Numbered from the stretch's first letter, positions 19,236 to 29,693 are shown. The stretch is DNA of 64,000 nt from an uncultured Candidatus Saccharibacteria bacterium (GCA_964365955.1 CAYISA010000001.1:18607-82606); one strand, 5' to 3'. Made by a program: numbers and translations. The notes: generated by a model from the letters alone, not told the origin.

Positions 19236-20459
19236 ATGGCACGCTTTTCTTACGTCGCTCAAAATTCTGAAAATGAAATTAGCAAGGGAGTGATTGAGGC
19301 TCCCACGCACAGTGAAGCTGTACGTGTTTTGGTACGCAAGGGCCTTTCCCCTATTAAACTGGAGGTGTTTAAGGACGCGGGTGAAAAAAATAAAACGCTC
19401 CCCATTACTATTTCATTCCGGAAAAATCTGACGCTCTTTGACCAAATCAATATCCTGCGCCACCTAGGAACAATCCTGAACACCGGCACTGATCTTCTCT
19501 CGGGTCTCGATATCATCGCGAAAGACGCTATCAACCCATTGGTACAGAAAATACTTTACGATGTAAAAGAGCGCGTGGGACGCGGTGAGCGTTTTTCTGA
19601 CGCGATCGAAAAATGGAAGAGCCAGTTCAGCCCCATTTTTGTAAGTCTTGTACGCGCCGGAGAATCATCTGGAACGCTTCCAAAAACGCTGATTAGCTAC
19701 GCGCAAGAACTCCGAAAAGACTATTCGTTTTTCAGAAAACTTCGGAGCGCGGTAACTTATCCGGTTATTCTGGTGGTCGCGGTTGTTGCAATGATTCTTA
19801 TTCTTATCTCTATTGTTGTGCCGCGTTTAAAACAGCTTTTTTCCACTACGCGCGCCGCACCTCCCTTTTATACGAAATTTTTTATCGCTGTATCGGATTT
19901 TTGGCTCGCTCATCTATGGACGATCCTGGGAATTTTGGCAATTTGCGCGGTCGCGTTGATGATTGCGTTTCGTAAAAAAACGCTTCGTGAGAAATTAATG
20001 GAAATTCTTTGGTATTTCCCGGTCCTAAAAAAAATAAACAGGAATCTTATTCTTTCCCGATTCACTAAAACGATTGCGAACCTGATTGATGCGGGATTTT
20101 CTCTAAAAGAAGCTCTCCACACAACCGAAGAAGTAGTGGGACCGAAACACAGAAAAGCGCTCAAAGAAATTGCGGAAGCAAAACTAGCAAAAGGTGTGGA
20201 ATTTTCTGAGGCACTAAAATCCTACGAAGATCTTTTTCCGCGTATTTTAGTGAGCGTGATAGCAACCGGCGAAAAAAGTGGACAGCTTTCTTCCGTGCTT
20301 CTCCAGATGGGCGAGTTCTATGAGGAAGAAGTTTTGTATTCATTAGAACTCTTCTTGACGCTCATTGAACCATTGCTTCTTGTCTTTGTGGGTCTGGTTG
20401 TGGGGCTAATGGCTGCATCTATTATTTCTCCGATTTACAGCTTAATCGGCCACTTCTAA
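19236..20459 (+). CDS. pilC: Type IV pilus platform protein PilC/GspF family
   Basis: 407 aa with duplicated GspF-type domains and 3 TM helices. Confidence 0.88.
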   Translation: MARFSYVAQNSENEISKGVIEAPTHSEAVRVLVRKGLSPIKLEVFKDAGEKNKTLPITISFRKNLTLFDQINILRHLGTILNTGTDLLSGLDIIAKDAINPLVQKILYDVKERVGRGERFSDAIEKWKSQFSPIFVSLVRAGESSGTLPKTLISYAQELRKDYSFFRKLRSAVTYPVILVVAVVAMILILISIVVPRLKQLFSTTRAAPPFYTKFFIAVSDFWLAHLWTILGILAICAVALMIAFRKKTLREKLMEILWYFPVLKKINRNLILSRFTKTIANLIDAGFSLKEALHTTEEVVGPKHRKALKEIAEAKLAKGVEFSEALKSYEDLFPRILVSVIATGEKSGQLSSVLLQMGEFYEEEVLYSLELFLTLIEPLLLVFVGLVVGLMAASIISPIYSLIGHF

Positions 20460-20461
20460 CG

Positions 20462-20932
20462 TTACTCCACTGAAACTTTCCCTTCTGCCGAGACGGAAAC
20501 GGTTTTTGTTTTAGAGGCATCCGTGGCAAGTTTAAACTGCACCGATGTGCCGGTTGCAATCGTTCCGCTCAATTTTGTAAATAGGATCTCCGTGCTGCTC
20601 CCCTGCGAGAGCGTCGCGTAACGCACCAACGTTCCAAGATTAAAAACGGTGCTTGATGCACTTACATAAGTGGATCCTGGGAAAATCGCATAAAAAGGTG
20701 TTGTAGTGGCATTCTCAAAATGAACACCCCAAGCCAAACCGTCGACGCCAGCAAAGGCGCGACCGCGTGCTTCTCGCACTCTGGTTGCCACTCCCTGCGC
20801 TTCCGACTCAAGAGAACCGATTTCCTGATTTTTGAACATCAGAAGAGCAGCACTCCCCGCAATGCCGAGAAACAGCACAACAATAATAAGCTCGATGAGC
20901 GAAAAACCCGCTTTCTGATTGCGCGTGTGCAT
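20462..20932 (-). CDS. Type IV pilin-like protein
   Basis: MHTRNQKAGFSLIELIIVVLFLGIAGSAALLMF. Start moved to the internal ATG at 20932, 2 nt after the upstream stop. Confidence 0.75.
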   Translation of the reverse strand: MHTRNQKAGFSLIELIIVVLFLGIAGSAALLMFKNQEIGSLESEAQGVATRVREARGRAFAGVDGLAWGVHFENATTTPFYAIFPGSTYVSASSTVFNLGTLVRYATLSQGSSTEILFTKLSGTIATGTSVQFKLATDASKTKTVSVSAEGKVSVE

Positions 20933-20933
20933 A

Positions 20934-21137
20934 TTAATCCTGAACTTTTTCAATTTGGAAGGCGGGGAGCTGATGTGCGGGCGCTTTCGGCACCCGAAAC
21001 GCCATGAGTCCCTCCCGCACGACAAACTGCACAAGGAACGCCGCACATACCACAAGAATAATCACGTACACAAGTGCCGCGGCTCCTAAATAAGATTCGA
21101 AATTTTTTGATTTATAAAAACGTTGCAACATAACCAT
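20934..21137 (-). CDS. Small single-pass membrane protein in the pilus operon
   Basis: ATG at 21137 overlaps the upstream TAA (TAATG). TM helix GAAALVYVIILVVCAAFLVQFVV. Tightly packed between pilO-like and pilin genes. Confidence 0.45.
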   Translation of the reverse strand: MVMLQRFYKSKNFESYLGAAALVYVIILVVCAAFLVQFVVREGLMAFRVPKAPAHQLPAFQIEKVQD

Positions 21138-21724
21138 TATTCTCCCCGCGTAAAGATAGTACCTGAAAATGCCATCCGAAAATTTCCTCCCGATGGGGCA
21201 AACGACCATTGCCGAATCTGGATCGTGGTCTCCAATCCTTCCACCGCAATAAGAAAATTACTAAGCGCAGTGATGTTTCCTTCCGCTTTGGCGGAAAATT
21301 CGAATCCCCCACCTCCGGGGACAACCCCCGGGAGTTCAACACCCAGAGAAATTTCAAGCGGAAACCCGTACTGGAGCGCCAACGCCCGCACTAAAGGAAA
21401 AATCTTCGTGGGCACGTCAATGGAAAGAGGGAGGGATTTTTCGAGCTCGCCGCGCAGAGCGTTCGCAATCGGACGTTTTTTATTCAACTCCGCAATCTCG
21501 TCGAATTGTTCTAAAACGCGGGCGAATTCACCTTTCGCATTATCCGCCTGTGCCACTTCTTTTTTGATCAGCAAAGAAAGCACAACAAGCGCGACCGCAG
21601 AGAGCGTCAGAATCATTCCGAAGATCACCAGCGTAAATCCAACGCCTTGTCCGAATTTTTGTGTTCCTGGCTGTTCCGGCTTCGGTATGGTTTCTGTTTT
21701 TTTTATATTTTTTTCGTTTTCCAT
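21137..21724 (-). CDS. PilO-like pilus assembly protein
   Basis: Short cytoplasmic N-terminus, one TM (GFTLVIFGMILTLSAVALVVLSLLI), a coiled-coil and a C-terminal domain. Position follows the pilM/N fusion. Confidence 0.55.
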   Translation of the reverse strand: MENEKNIKKTETIPKPEQPGTQKFGQGVGFTLVIFGMILTLSAVALVVLSLLIKKEVAQADNAKGEFARVLEQFDEIAELNKKRPIANALRGELEKSLPLSIDVPTKIFPLVRALALQYGFPLEISLGVELPGVVPGGGGFEFSAKAEGNITALSNFLIAVEGLETTIQIRQWSFAPSGGNFRMAFSGTIFTRGE

Positions 21725-21730
21725 AGGCGA

Positions 21731-23206
21731 TTAAAGGCGTAATAATGCATTAAGAGTAAGGTTTTTTTCGGGTGCCAAGTCTGTGAGCGGGATAGAGACC
21801 TCCGTGACAATCTTTTGTGATTCCATGCGCCGCTTGAACTCCAAGATAGAATCGCGCGAAGCGGCGGTAAACACGCCTGCGATACCCTCATTCGCGGAAG
21901 AAAGACTGGTTATTCCCACTCCCGTTTCGGCGGCAATCTTAGCAATCGCTCCGATCCGCTTCCCCGCGACGGTCTGAAGATTTTTTGCTGCTCGAAACGC
22001 ATCCACTAGCGCGTTAAATTTTTGCGCCTCATCGATCACTGGTTGGGACTGTGGAACCAATCGTTCAAAAATAGCACTTTGATTTCGAATATCGCGATTT
22101 AATGTGGCATTTTGATATTTTAAAAACGCAAACATGCCCGCAAATGCCAGCAAAAAGGAAAATGTATAGACAAAGAGAATTTTTATCCAGAGATTCAGCG
22201 TACGCAGAGAAAGGTTTTCCTGATATCGCCCTCCGAACTCCGACGGAATGAGATTAATCGAAATGTCCGCCGCCGCATAAGGCCGGAATGCGGCGCCATG
22301 GGCGATTAAAAGACGAGGATCGGAATACGCGGGCCGCGAATCCGGAAGAAACGGTTGTGTCGGAATACCGGTAATGGTACGAATAGAAGAGATAACACCC
22401 TCGCGGTTCACGCGGTCAAAAACAAAAATGCGCTCGATAGAAAATTTCAGGTTCGACTCAACAAAACTGGTGAGCTGGCGAATTTTTCCTTCCAACACTT
22501 TAGTGGCTTCTTCTTCGCCCGCGACCGGATGCAAAAAATGTGCCACAACCACACCCTTAAAAAACACAGCGAACTCGATTCCGTCTTCGTCAATTAAGGC
22601 GAAAATAAACGATGGCACACTTGCCTGATCCACAAACTTCGCAAGACTCAAAATGTGGAACTCTATTGCCCCCACTCTCCATCGCTCACCGGAAGTAATC
22701 TGTAGGTAATTCCGGATGGTTTTCTTGTTCACCGCTACGATAAAAACAATATGTTCCTCTTTCTCCGGAATATAAGTTGATGTCCAATCGATATGGGCGT
22801 CTTCGATCGGCCACGGAAGAGAAGCTTCGGCTTTTAGCATGACGGCATTTTTAAGTTCTTCCGCATCCATTTCCGGGAACACTACCGTTTCGGTGTACAT
22901 CTTGTGGGAAGGAATCGAAAGAACGAATACCGGCTCCACGGTAAATTTAAAATGTCGGGCGGGAACGGTTCCTAAGAGCGCTTTAATACCCGTCCGTACC
23001 GGAACAGGGTCCGAAATTTCTCCGTGCTCGATGGATGCCTCCGGGACGTCGTAGATACCCGAAGAGAGGACGGAAATTTTATCGCCGTGCCGAAGCGTTG
23101 CAACACCCGCAATGTGCTTGTCCTGAATATCCAACCCCACCAACACAAATTTGGGAAACACCAACCGTGAAATTTTTCTTAGTATTTTTTCAAGCGCTTC
23201 TTTCAT
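21731..23206 (-). CDS. pilM: PilM-PilN fusion-type pilus assembly protein
   Basis: N-terminal actin-like ATPase fold (LVGLDIQDKHIAG..), then a TM (ILFVYTFSFLLAFAGMFAFL) plus a PilN-like periplasmic part. Confidence 0.7.
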   Translation of the reverse strand: MKEALEKILRKISRLVFPKFVLVGLDIQDKHIAGVATLRHGDKISVLSSGIYDVPEASIEHGEISDPVPVRTGIKALLGTVPARHFKFTVEPVFVLSIPSHKMYTETVVFPEMDAEELKNAVMLKAEASLPWPIEDAHIDWTSTYIPEKEEHIVFIVAVNKKTIRNYLQITSGERWRVGAIEFHILSLAKFVDQASVPSFIFALIDEDGIEFAVFFKGVVVAHFLHPVAGEEEATKVLEGKIRQLTSFVESNLKFSIERIFVFDRVNREGVISSIRTITGIPTQPFLPDSRPAYSDPRLLIAHGAAFRPYAAADISINLIPSEFGGRYQENLSLRTLNLWIKILFVYTFSFLLAFAGMFAFLKYQNATLNRDIRNQSAIFERLVPQSQPVIDEAQKFNALVDAFRAAKNLQTVAGKRIGAIAKIAAETGVGITSLSSANEGIAGVFTAASRDSILEFKRRMESQKIVTEVSIPLTDLAPEKNLTLNALLRL

Positions 23207-23208
23207 GT

Positions 23209-23601
23209 CTACTGGTTGTTTTTTGAAATAGTTGTGATGACCCCATTGCTATCGATTGTTATGGACGCACGCAACGAACGTTTAATCGTCCCCAAGGGTT
23301 TCGCTACGGTAGAGGTTGCCACCACAACAACCGGGTTTCCCTGCGTTACCGAGATATCGGTCGTGGAACCGTCCGACTCTGTAAGCGTATAACTTCCAGC
23401 GTAATCTTTATTACGCGCGAGCTTCAGTGTTGCGTCTTGTATACCCGTTTCCGCAAGCGCCTGTGCTACTTCTGCCGTTCGTTCTGAAAATCCTGTAAAT
23501 ACCGAGGTGCCGCTTTGGATGCCCATTAAGATGCTTACGCTCAAAAGAAAAAGCGTGATAACAAGAACGGTGGCAAGCGATACGATGCCGCGATTCTTCA
23601 T
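23209..23601 (-). CDS. Putative minor pilin / PilX-like protein
   Basis: 130 aa with hydrophobic N-terminus MKNRGIVSLATVLVITLFLLSV. 4-nt overlap with the upstream pseudopilin gene. Confidence 0.5.
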   Translation of the reverse strand: MKNRGIVSLATVLVITLFLLSVSILMGIQSGTSVFTGFSERTAEVAQALAETGIQDATLKLARNKDYAGSYTLTESDGSTTDISVTQGNPVVVVATSTVAKPLGTIKRSLRASITIDSNGVITTISKNNQ

Positions 23602-24095
23602 AGGGAAAGCGCTGCTGTCTCCAATGTGTAGAGCGATTTTGTATCAGCGGCGCTCCCTTCATTATACCCTCCCGTGATGCGGATTTGAACGGATGAGGTC
23701 GCAGTTCCTTGGGAACTGGTGTTGTTAAGTTTTGTAAAAGAAAGTGCGGTTACATAAATTGTGGAAGGAGTGACGGCGACAGCTGTACCGGTCCCTTCCT
23801 GCATCATCAGAGCTCCGCTTGCAAGCGAAAACACCGTGGGATTTTTGGTACTGTCGGACATCTTAAGATTCAGCGTCGTCGAGGCACCGTTGATATCCGT
23901 CGCCGTATAAACCTTATCAACCATCTGTTGTAATGCCTGCTGCACTCCGCTTTGCGCTTCCGTTAACCGATTGGTGGTGTCTTTGGTGCGAAGCGCAAAA
24001 TCGAACACGGTGGCGCCGAGGGTCGCGACAATCGCAAAGATGACGATATAAATCATCATTTCAATCAGCGTAAATCCCGATCGCTTATTTTGCAT
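23598..24095 (-). CDS. Prepilin-type N-terminal cleavage/methylation domain protein (minor pilin)
   Basis: MQNKRSGFTLIEMMIYIVIFAIVATLGATVF. Confidence 0.75.
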   Translation of the reverse strand: MQNKRSGFTLIEMMIYIVIFAIVATLGATVFDFALRTKDTTNRLTEAQSGVQQALQQMVDKVYTATDINGASTTLNLKMSDSTKNPTVFSLASGALMMQEGTGTAVAVTPSTIYVTALSFTKLNNTSSQGTATSSVQIRITGGYNEGSAADTKSLYTLETAALSL

Positions 24096-27000
24096 AATTT
24101 AAAATAATATCCGTGACCGTGGGTGTTGTGGAACTGCTTGTGGTCTCTAAAAACACCTTGTACCGAATATACCGCTTGTTCTGCTGACACACTGCTTTTA
24201 GTTCCACCGCGGTGTTGGGTTCGCTGGTGCCGGTCGGCGGATAATAGGAATTCGAATCGCAGGCGACGGATGGGTTATTCGAACCTGATCCATTCCATGC
24301 GGTATAGGTCCACGGACTCGATGTGGTATCCGACCCCGCAAACTGGAATTTTACCGTTGTGTTGGTTGGGCGCGTCCCCTGCCAGGTAATGGAGTTCGGC
24401 GCCGTGCCGCTTGCCACCGCCGTATCGTAAATAACGGAGGTGAGTGATGAAGAAGTGGCGTACCCCTGCGAAACCGTTAATGTCGTCACGCTTGCCGCGG
24501 TGCTGGTGGGACCATTTCCGTAACTATTCACTCCCATCACTTTATACCAGTAGGTTGTGCTTTGGGTAAGCCCCGTATCGGTGGAAGATGTAATCGTGGT
24601 CGAGGCCACTAGAACATAGATTCCTCCGGAGCTTGTTGAACGGAAAAGATTGTACGAAGTCGTGCTGGATGCCGCGGTCCAGTTTACCACCACGGAAACG
24701 CCCGTTACATACGGAAATGTTGGCGTTCCCGGAGTTCCCGGAAGCGGCCAGATCCAACAACTATTCCCTCCGCTATCCAAAGAATCATCTGTCACGGAGA
24801 TACTTCCGCTTCCGCACGCGTCTGAATCTTTAACGTCCGTCGACGAAACAATTTTGGCGCCCGCAACCGTTAACAACCACGGTGATCCCGCAGAAGAACT
24901 CCTTACCCCAACCCGCGATGTGGTCGCCTGTCCGTTCCAATTTAAGCTATTAAAAGTGTACGTACTACCCGCGTTGAAACGCACGGTGGTAGATGCGGTC
25001 ACAATCGTGGATGTCGCAACGGTCGTTGCGTCAGCCGTCAAGCGGATTGCCGGAGCCGCAAGTGTTCCGGAATTGTTCGAAAATGCAAGATGATTGAACG
25101 CGGAAGTTCCTACCTCCATCGGTCCCATGCTCCCTGTAAGCGTTTGTGCGGACGTTCCGTTGAATGTCACCTGCCCGCTATTGTGCGTAAAGGTGCCATT
25201 ATTCGTGTAATTACCTCCTATTGAAATAGTCCTGACAGCGTTCGCCTTGAATGTGGAACTTGTGGCGATAAGCATCGCGCCCGTCACACTGATCGTTGTA
25301 TTATTCGGACTTGCGTCTACTACTCCCGTATGCGTTCCGTCTCCTGCCGTAAGTTGCCCCCCGACAATAAAAGTACCAGCCGCAAATTGATGCGCGGAAG
25401 TACTGCTCGGCATAACATCTAGATTGTAATAGGTAGCGACGGTAATCGTTGTGACAGCAGCGCCGTTATATTTTACCTTTCCTGTACCTGCGGAAAACGC
25501 CAAACTCACGGGCGATTCGTTGATCACAAAAGGTGTGCCGCTTGAAGCAAAGGTAATAGTGTAGCTCGATCCAGCAAGCGTATTAGTGCCGTTTGAAGAA
25601 TCATTGATAGTGAGAATGTTGTTGACCGTCGTGTCGCCGGAAAATGTATATGTGGTCGTGGCGGTCGACGTTCCGACCTGTAAATTGTAGTAGGGGTTTG
25701 CTGTAACCATCGTGCTTGTCGTTTGGCCTGCATATACAACCGTGCTCGTGCCCGCTTGGAACGTGATTGTGTCCGATACAACCATCGGCGTCCCCGTACC
25801 AGAAAATTGTATTGTGCGGCCGCGTGCGTAAATATCGGCGCTCGGATTCATCGTCCATACTTTTTTCACGACAAGATTTCCAGTCCCGCCGCTTCCAAGA
25901 TATAACCTACTCCCTGCTTCATGATTGCCTCCGCAACTGGCACACGTGGTAGTTAAATTATTGAACGTCCAATCATTCGAGCCGCTTGTGGTGCCGAGTG
26001 TTCCACCCGTGGTATAAAACGTTACCGTGTGATCTACATTGGTTAAATTCACCGTACCACAGGTAGCTCCACAGGTGATAGAACTGGTTGTGGCATTCCC
26101 TATTAATTGAATATTCGCGCTTCCGTTTGAATTATCCAGCGTCCCATTCGCGACCAGAAGCGAATCAATCACTGCGGTCGAAGTTGCAAAGCTCCATCCG
26201 CCCCCCGACCCGTTGAACACCACGGTTGGAAGACTTACTTGAAAGCCCGCCGCAAGCGCTCCCGCGTTGATCATGTGCCCTGTTGAGGTGGCACCAAACG
26301 TCACGGTGCCGGTGCTCGCGCCTCCCTGTCCGTTGTTCAAATAATCGCTATTGAACGCAAAGGTTCCTCCTCCCGCAAAGGTAGCGGTTCCGGTTGCCAC
26401 TGTAAAAAGATTATTGACGGTGGAAGGACTTTGAAGCGCGAATACTTCGCTTGCATTATTCAGCGTCAGTTTATAATAGGTGGTTGAAGCCACTAATGTA
26501 TTCCCCACAGTATAATTTCCGGTAAATTGTACGGTGGAGGTCACAGCATTAAAAGTTCCGGAGAGTAAAAATGGCGTGGCTACATTCCCGACATTCGAGA
26601 GCGTCCATGTCTTTCCGCCCGCCGAAAACGTATGCCCCGCAGAAACAGTAAGCACACCGCTCACTGTCATCGCGCCCGCGCCTGTTGATGTGGTCGTCTG
26701 CGAGGAACCGTTTACGGTAAGGCTGGAAAAAGTCCAGTTGGTTGCACCACCTAAACTTCCGGCGCCGCTGATCGTTGCTGTCCCCCCCGTAAGTGTGACA
26801 GTTCCTGCACCGGTGATATCGCCTCCATTCACGGTAAAATTTGAGGTCCCCGCAAGCGTTCCGGCCGTCACGGTAACATCATTTGAAACCGTTGCGGCAC
26901 CTCCCAGCGTGTACGTTGCGGTACCGTTGGTGTCCAAATTCCAATAGGTTGCGGCAGTGATCGTTGTTGCGGAAGATCCACGATAACTGAACGTAGAACT

Positions 27001-29652
27001 TCCGGGAGTTGACGTCGCTCCGGTCGGGGCAATCACAAACGGCGTTCCTGACCCCAATAAATAAATTGATCCCGTTCCGCCATTTAACGTATTGGTGCCG
27101 GTCGTGGAGCTTGCAACGGTTATCGTGTTTTGGATGGTAGAATATCCGCCGGTTCCAACTCGCAACGTATAGGTAGTACTTCCGGTAGATGTTCCTACAA
27201 AAAGATCCCAATAGGTTGCGGCACCGATATTCGTACTGGTAGTGATTCCGATGTAGCGGACGGTGCTGCTTGCCGCATTAAAGACTCCGGGGTTTGGAAT
27301 CTCTCCACCCGGATATCCCTGGACCACGAAGGGAGACCCCGTGCCGGTTACGGTAATCGTCTTCGTAGAAGTCGCACTTAACGTTGCGCTTCCGCCGCCT
27401 CCGCTTGTCATGGTGATACTCGTCGCTACGATATCGCTATTCAATTGAACCGTATAGGGAGTGGATCCGTTTGTATTAATACTGATAATCCCTAAATCTT
27501 GGAGCGCCGGATTGCTGTCTTGTAATGTTTTGGTACCGCCTGGACTTAAGGTGATCGTCCCGGTTCCTTTTGTGTAGGTGAGTTGGTTGGTTCCACAAAC
27601 ACTCGTACAATCTCCGACGATAAAATTCCCCTTCACCGTGATGCTCGGATTATACGATGATGCGTCTACAGTTGCCGCGGCATCACGAAATAATCTAAAA
27701 TCACCGTTCACTGTAATTGTCTGGCCCGTTGTTGTAGCTAAATAATAAATATTTGTACTCTGGGGTTTTAAAGACAAATTAAAATAACTTGTCGCGGGGA
27801 TATCCGTAGAACCATTTCCGCTAAAAGCAACGGTGCCTGTTGTTGATGGAAGAGCCCCATAGCTTGTGATCTGAAGGGGCGTACTAATAATTCTTCCAAT
27901 CCCCGAAATCGTAAGTGTATAAGGCCCGGGTGAAAATGTATCAGTCGCACTTGAACCGGAGTTCCCAATTGTGACTCGATTTGTAACCGTTGTATCGCCT
28001 CCCAAGGTATATGTAACCGCTGAAGCATCTGCGCTTACACCAACTTGGAGGCCGTAATAAGCATCCGAAACAGCGATTGTGGTGGCGGTTGTCGCTGTAT
28101 AACTGACAGTCCCTGTTCCTCCACTTAGTGTTCCCTTGCTTGTAATTACAAAAGGCGTCCCCGAACTCGAAAGTGTAAGCGTGGCAATACTTAAGGCAAG
28201 CGTATCGGAGTTTCCCGAACCGGCATTCCCAACCGTCACGACACCTGCGGCAGTTGCGTTCCCGCCTAACGTAAAAGTGACCGCCGACGAGTCAGCTGTC
28301 GTCCCAACTCCAAAATTATAGTACGCGACCGCGGCAAGCGTGACAGAAGACGTGGCGGTGTAGTTAATCGTACTGGTACCGATTGTGAACGTGCCCGAAA
28401 CACAAAATGGTATCACGGTGTTCAATGCGCCCGTGCACGTGGCGGATGTCCCCGGGCGATTGAGTGTTATAGTATTCCCGTCGGGGGTAAACGTTCCAAT
28501 GACATACAGGGCACCCACGTTCACCGCTCCGCCGGGTTGGAATGTTTTCCCAGAAGCCACAATCACTTTCGCGGATGTTGCATTCAACACCCCTCCTGAA
28601 ACCGTAAAGGGAATATCCGTATCACTCACACTGTCATACGTTCCGACATTCGCATTAGTGATAGGTCCGGAGTCCTCATGCCGCAAAATCACGCGCCCCC
28701 TATAGACATCAATTCCGCTTAAATTCGTTCCTGAATAACGCGTTACGGTCGCGCCCACCCGCGTGGCACTTCCGTTGTCCATATAGACAGTGATCACGGT
28801 GCTTGTCGAGGGCTGTGTCATAGTAACGGTGTAGGTTCCTGGTGCTCCCGCGCTTGTAGAAGACGCCACACTCCCCCCTACTACCACTTTAACCGTGGAA
28901 GATGTCGCTGTAACCCCTTCGTCTTGATAAATCGTACCCGCAATTGTGATCGAAATCGCCGGTGGCGTGTAGGTAATTGTTGCATACACTTTAGAGAGTT
29001 GGACGTAAATTGAGTTCGAGTAAGAGCCACCGTCTCCATCATCGCAGGTTCCGTCGTCCGGGATCGTAAGCCCCACCTCAAGCGTTGAGGTGGTTCCTTT
29101 TACATAACTAATGGAGTGCGACTGGGTACTTGATGTAAATGTATCCGTCATCGTGATCGCGCTTCCGAAATCTGTCGAGGCGCCGTCCAAAACCCGGACG
29201 GATTTTGCAGTCGGATAAACGCTAATGGTCGGAGCGCTTCCCCCCGCACAAACGGAGTACTCATCAATTGCCGCATTTGCCGAAAACGTAATATCGATCG
29301 CGGTAATTGTGGAACCGACCGGAATATTGGTCCAGTCCGTTGTTGATGTAGAGAGTTTAAATGTCTGCCGCGTATTAATGATCTTACTAAAAACCGTAGT
29401 CGTATCATTGTTGTCGTTCACTTTTATATAGCAAACATTCGCGCTGCAATCCTTCAGTGGGAGTATCTGGTATGCCCACGATGCCGAGTCGTTGGTACCA
29501 TCCGCTACAGGATGGATCGCACCCGTTGTTGTTCCGTGCGCAATATACGGAATACCGCCCAAAAAAAGAAAAATGGCGGCGACAAAAAAAAATGTTCTCC
29601 GCGTTGAAGTTGCAAGCATTTTAAAGATTATAGCACACTTTTTATCCTTCAT
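24085..29652 (-). CDS. Giant secreted Thr/Ser/Gly-rich repeat protein (1855 aa) with FN3-like domain; putative pilus-associated adhesin
   Basis: Signal peptide ..RRTFFFVAAIFLFLGGIPYIAHG. At least 8 repeat units of roughly 90-120 aa, each carrying Y(Y/W)NL and TYTLGG motifs. FN3-like segment PGTPTFPYVTGVSVVVNWTAASSTTSYNLFRS..YWYKVMGVNSYG. First gene of the minor-pilin operon, overlapping the next gene by 11 nt. Confidence 0.85.
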   Translation of the reverse strand: MKDKKCAIIFKMLATSTRRTFFFVAAIFLFLGGIPYIAHGTTTGAIHPVADGTNDSASWAYQILPLKDCSANVCYIKVNDNNDTTTVFSKIINTRQTFKLSTSTTDWTNIPVGSTITAIDITFSANAAIDEYSVCAGGSAPTISVYPTAKSVRVLDGASTDFGSAITMTDTFTSSTQSHSISYVKGTTSTLEVGLTIPDDGTCDDGDGGSYSNSIYVQLSKVYATITYTPPAISITIAGTIYQDEGVTATSSTVKVVVGGSVASSTSAGAPGTYTVTMTQPSTSTVITVYMDNGSATRVGATVTRYSGTNLSGIDVYRGRVILRHEDSGPITNANVGTYDSVSDTDIPFTVSGGVLNATSAKVIVASGKTFQPGGAVNVGALYVIGTFTPDGNTITLNRPGTSATCTGALNTVIPFCVSGTFTIGTSTINYTATSSVTLAAVAYYNFGVGTTADSSAVTFTLGGNATAAGVVTVGNAGSGNSDTLALSIATLTLSSSGTPFVITSKGTLSGGTGTVSYTATTATTIAVSDAYYGLQVGVSADASAVTYTLGGDTTVTNRVTIGNSGSSATDTFSPGPYTLTISGIGRIISTPLQITSYGALPSTTGTVAFSGNGSTDIPATSYFNLSLKPQSTNIYYLATTTGQTITVNGDFRLFRDAAATVDASSYNPSITVKGNFIVGDCTSVCGTNQLTYTKGTGTITLSPGGTKTLQDSNPALQDLGIISINTNGSTPYTVQLNSDIVATSITMTSGGGGSATLSATSTKTITVTGTGSPFVVQGYPGGEIPNPGVFNAASSTVRYIGITTSTNIGAATYWDLFVGTSTGSTTYTLRVGTGGYSTIQNTITVASSTTGTNTLNGGTGSIYLLGSGTPFVIAPTGATSTPGSSTFSYRGSSATTITAATYWNLDTNGTATYTLGGAATVSNDVTVTAGTLAGTSNFTVNGGDITGAGTVTLTGGTATISGAGSLGGATNWTFSSLTVNGSSQTTTSTGAGAMTVSGVLTVSAGHTFSAGGKTWTLSNVGNVATPFLLSGTFNAVTSTVQFTGNYTVGNTLVASTTYYKLTLNNASEVFALQSPSTVNNLFTVATGTATFAGGGTFAFNSDYLNNGQGGASTGTVTFGATSTGHMINAGALAAGFQVSLPTVVFNGSGGGWSFATSTAVIDSLLVANGTLDNSNGSANIQLIGNATTSSITCGATCGTVNLTNVDHTVTFYTTGGTLGTTSGSNDWTFNNLTTTCASCGGNHEAGSRLYLGSGGTGNLVVKKVWTMNPSADIYARGRTIQFSGTGTPMVVSDTITFQAGTSTVVYAGQTTSTMVTANPYYNLQVGTSTATTTYTFSGDTTVNNILTINDSSNGTNTLAGSSYTITFASSGTPFVINESPVSLAFSAGTGKVKYNGAAVTTITVATYYNLDVMPSSTSAHQFAAGTFIVGGQLTAGDGTHTGVVDASPNNTTISVTGAMLIATSSTFKANAVRTISIGGNYTNNGTFTHNSGQVTFNGTSAQTLTGSMGPMEVGTSAFNHLAFSNNSGTLAAPAIRLTADATTVATSTIVTASTTVRFNAGSTYTFNSLNWNGQATTSRVGVRSSSAGSPWLLTVAGAKIVSSTDVKDSDACGSGSISVTDDSLDSGGNSCWIWPLPGTPGTPTFPYVTGVSVVVNWTAASSTTSYNLFRSTSSGGIYVLVASTTITSSTDTGLTQSTTYWYKVMGVNSYGNGPTSTAASVTTLTVSQGYATSSSLTSVIYDTAVASGTAPNSITWQGTRPTNTTVKFQFAGSDTTSSPWTYTAWNGSGSNNPSVACDSNSYYPPTGTSEPNTAVELKAVCQQNKRYIRYKVFLETTSSSTTPTVTDIILNYAK

Positions 29653-29664
29653 TTTTAATGATTT

Positions 29665-29693
29665 TTGACATTTTGCCAGTGATAGTGGATAAT
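29665..29693 (+). promoter_or_regulatory. Sigma70-like promoter (TTGACA-17 nt-GATAAT)
   Basis: TTGACA at 29665-29670, a 17-nt spacer, and GATAAT at 29688-29693, about 64 nt upstream of the 29757 start. Confidence 0.4.

Noticed and set aside
20934-21209. Full 91-aa ORF as listed
   Set aside because: The first 24 codons overlap the end of the pilO-like gene. An internal ATG at 21137 forming TAATG with the upstream stop is a more plausible start, so only 20934-21137 is retained, at low confidence.
24123-29431. Many 60-150-aa ORFs on both strands inside the 1855-aa gene (for example 24650-25093, 26534-26947, 28385-28705)
   Set aside because: These are shadow frames of a long, compositionally biased (ACC/GGT-rich) gene. 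None has independent start or stop context or family resemblance. The same applies to ORFs inside 4765-8553.
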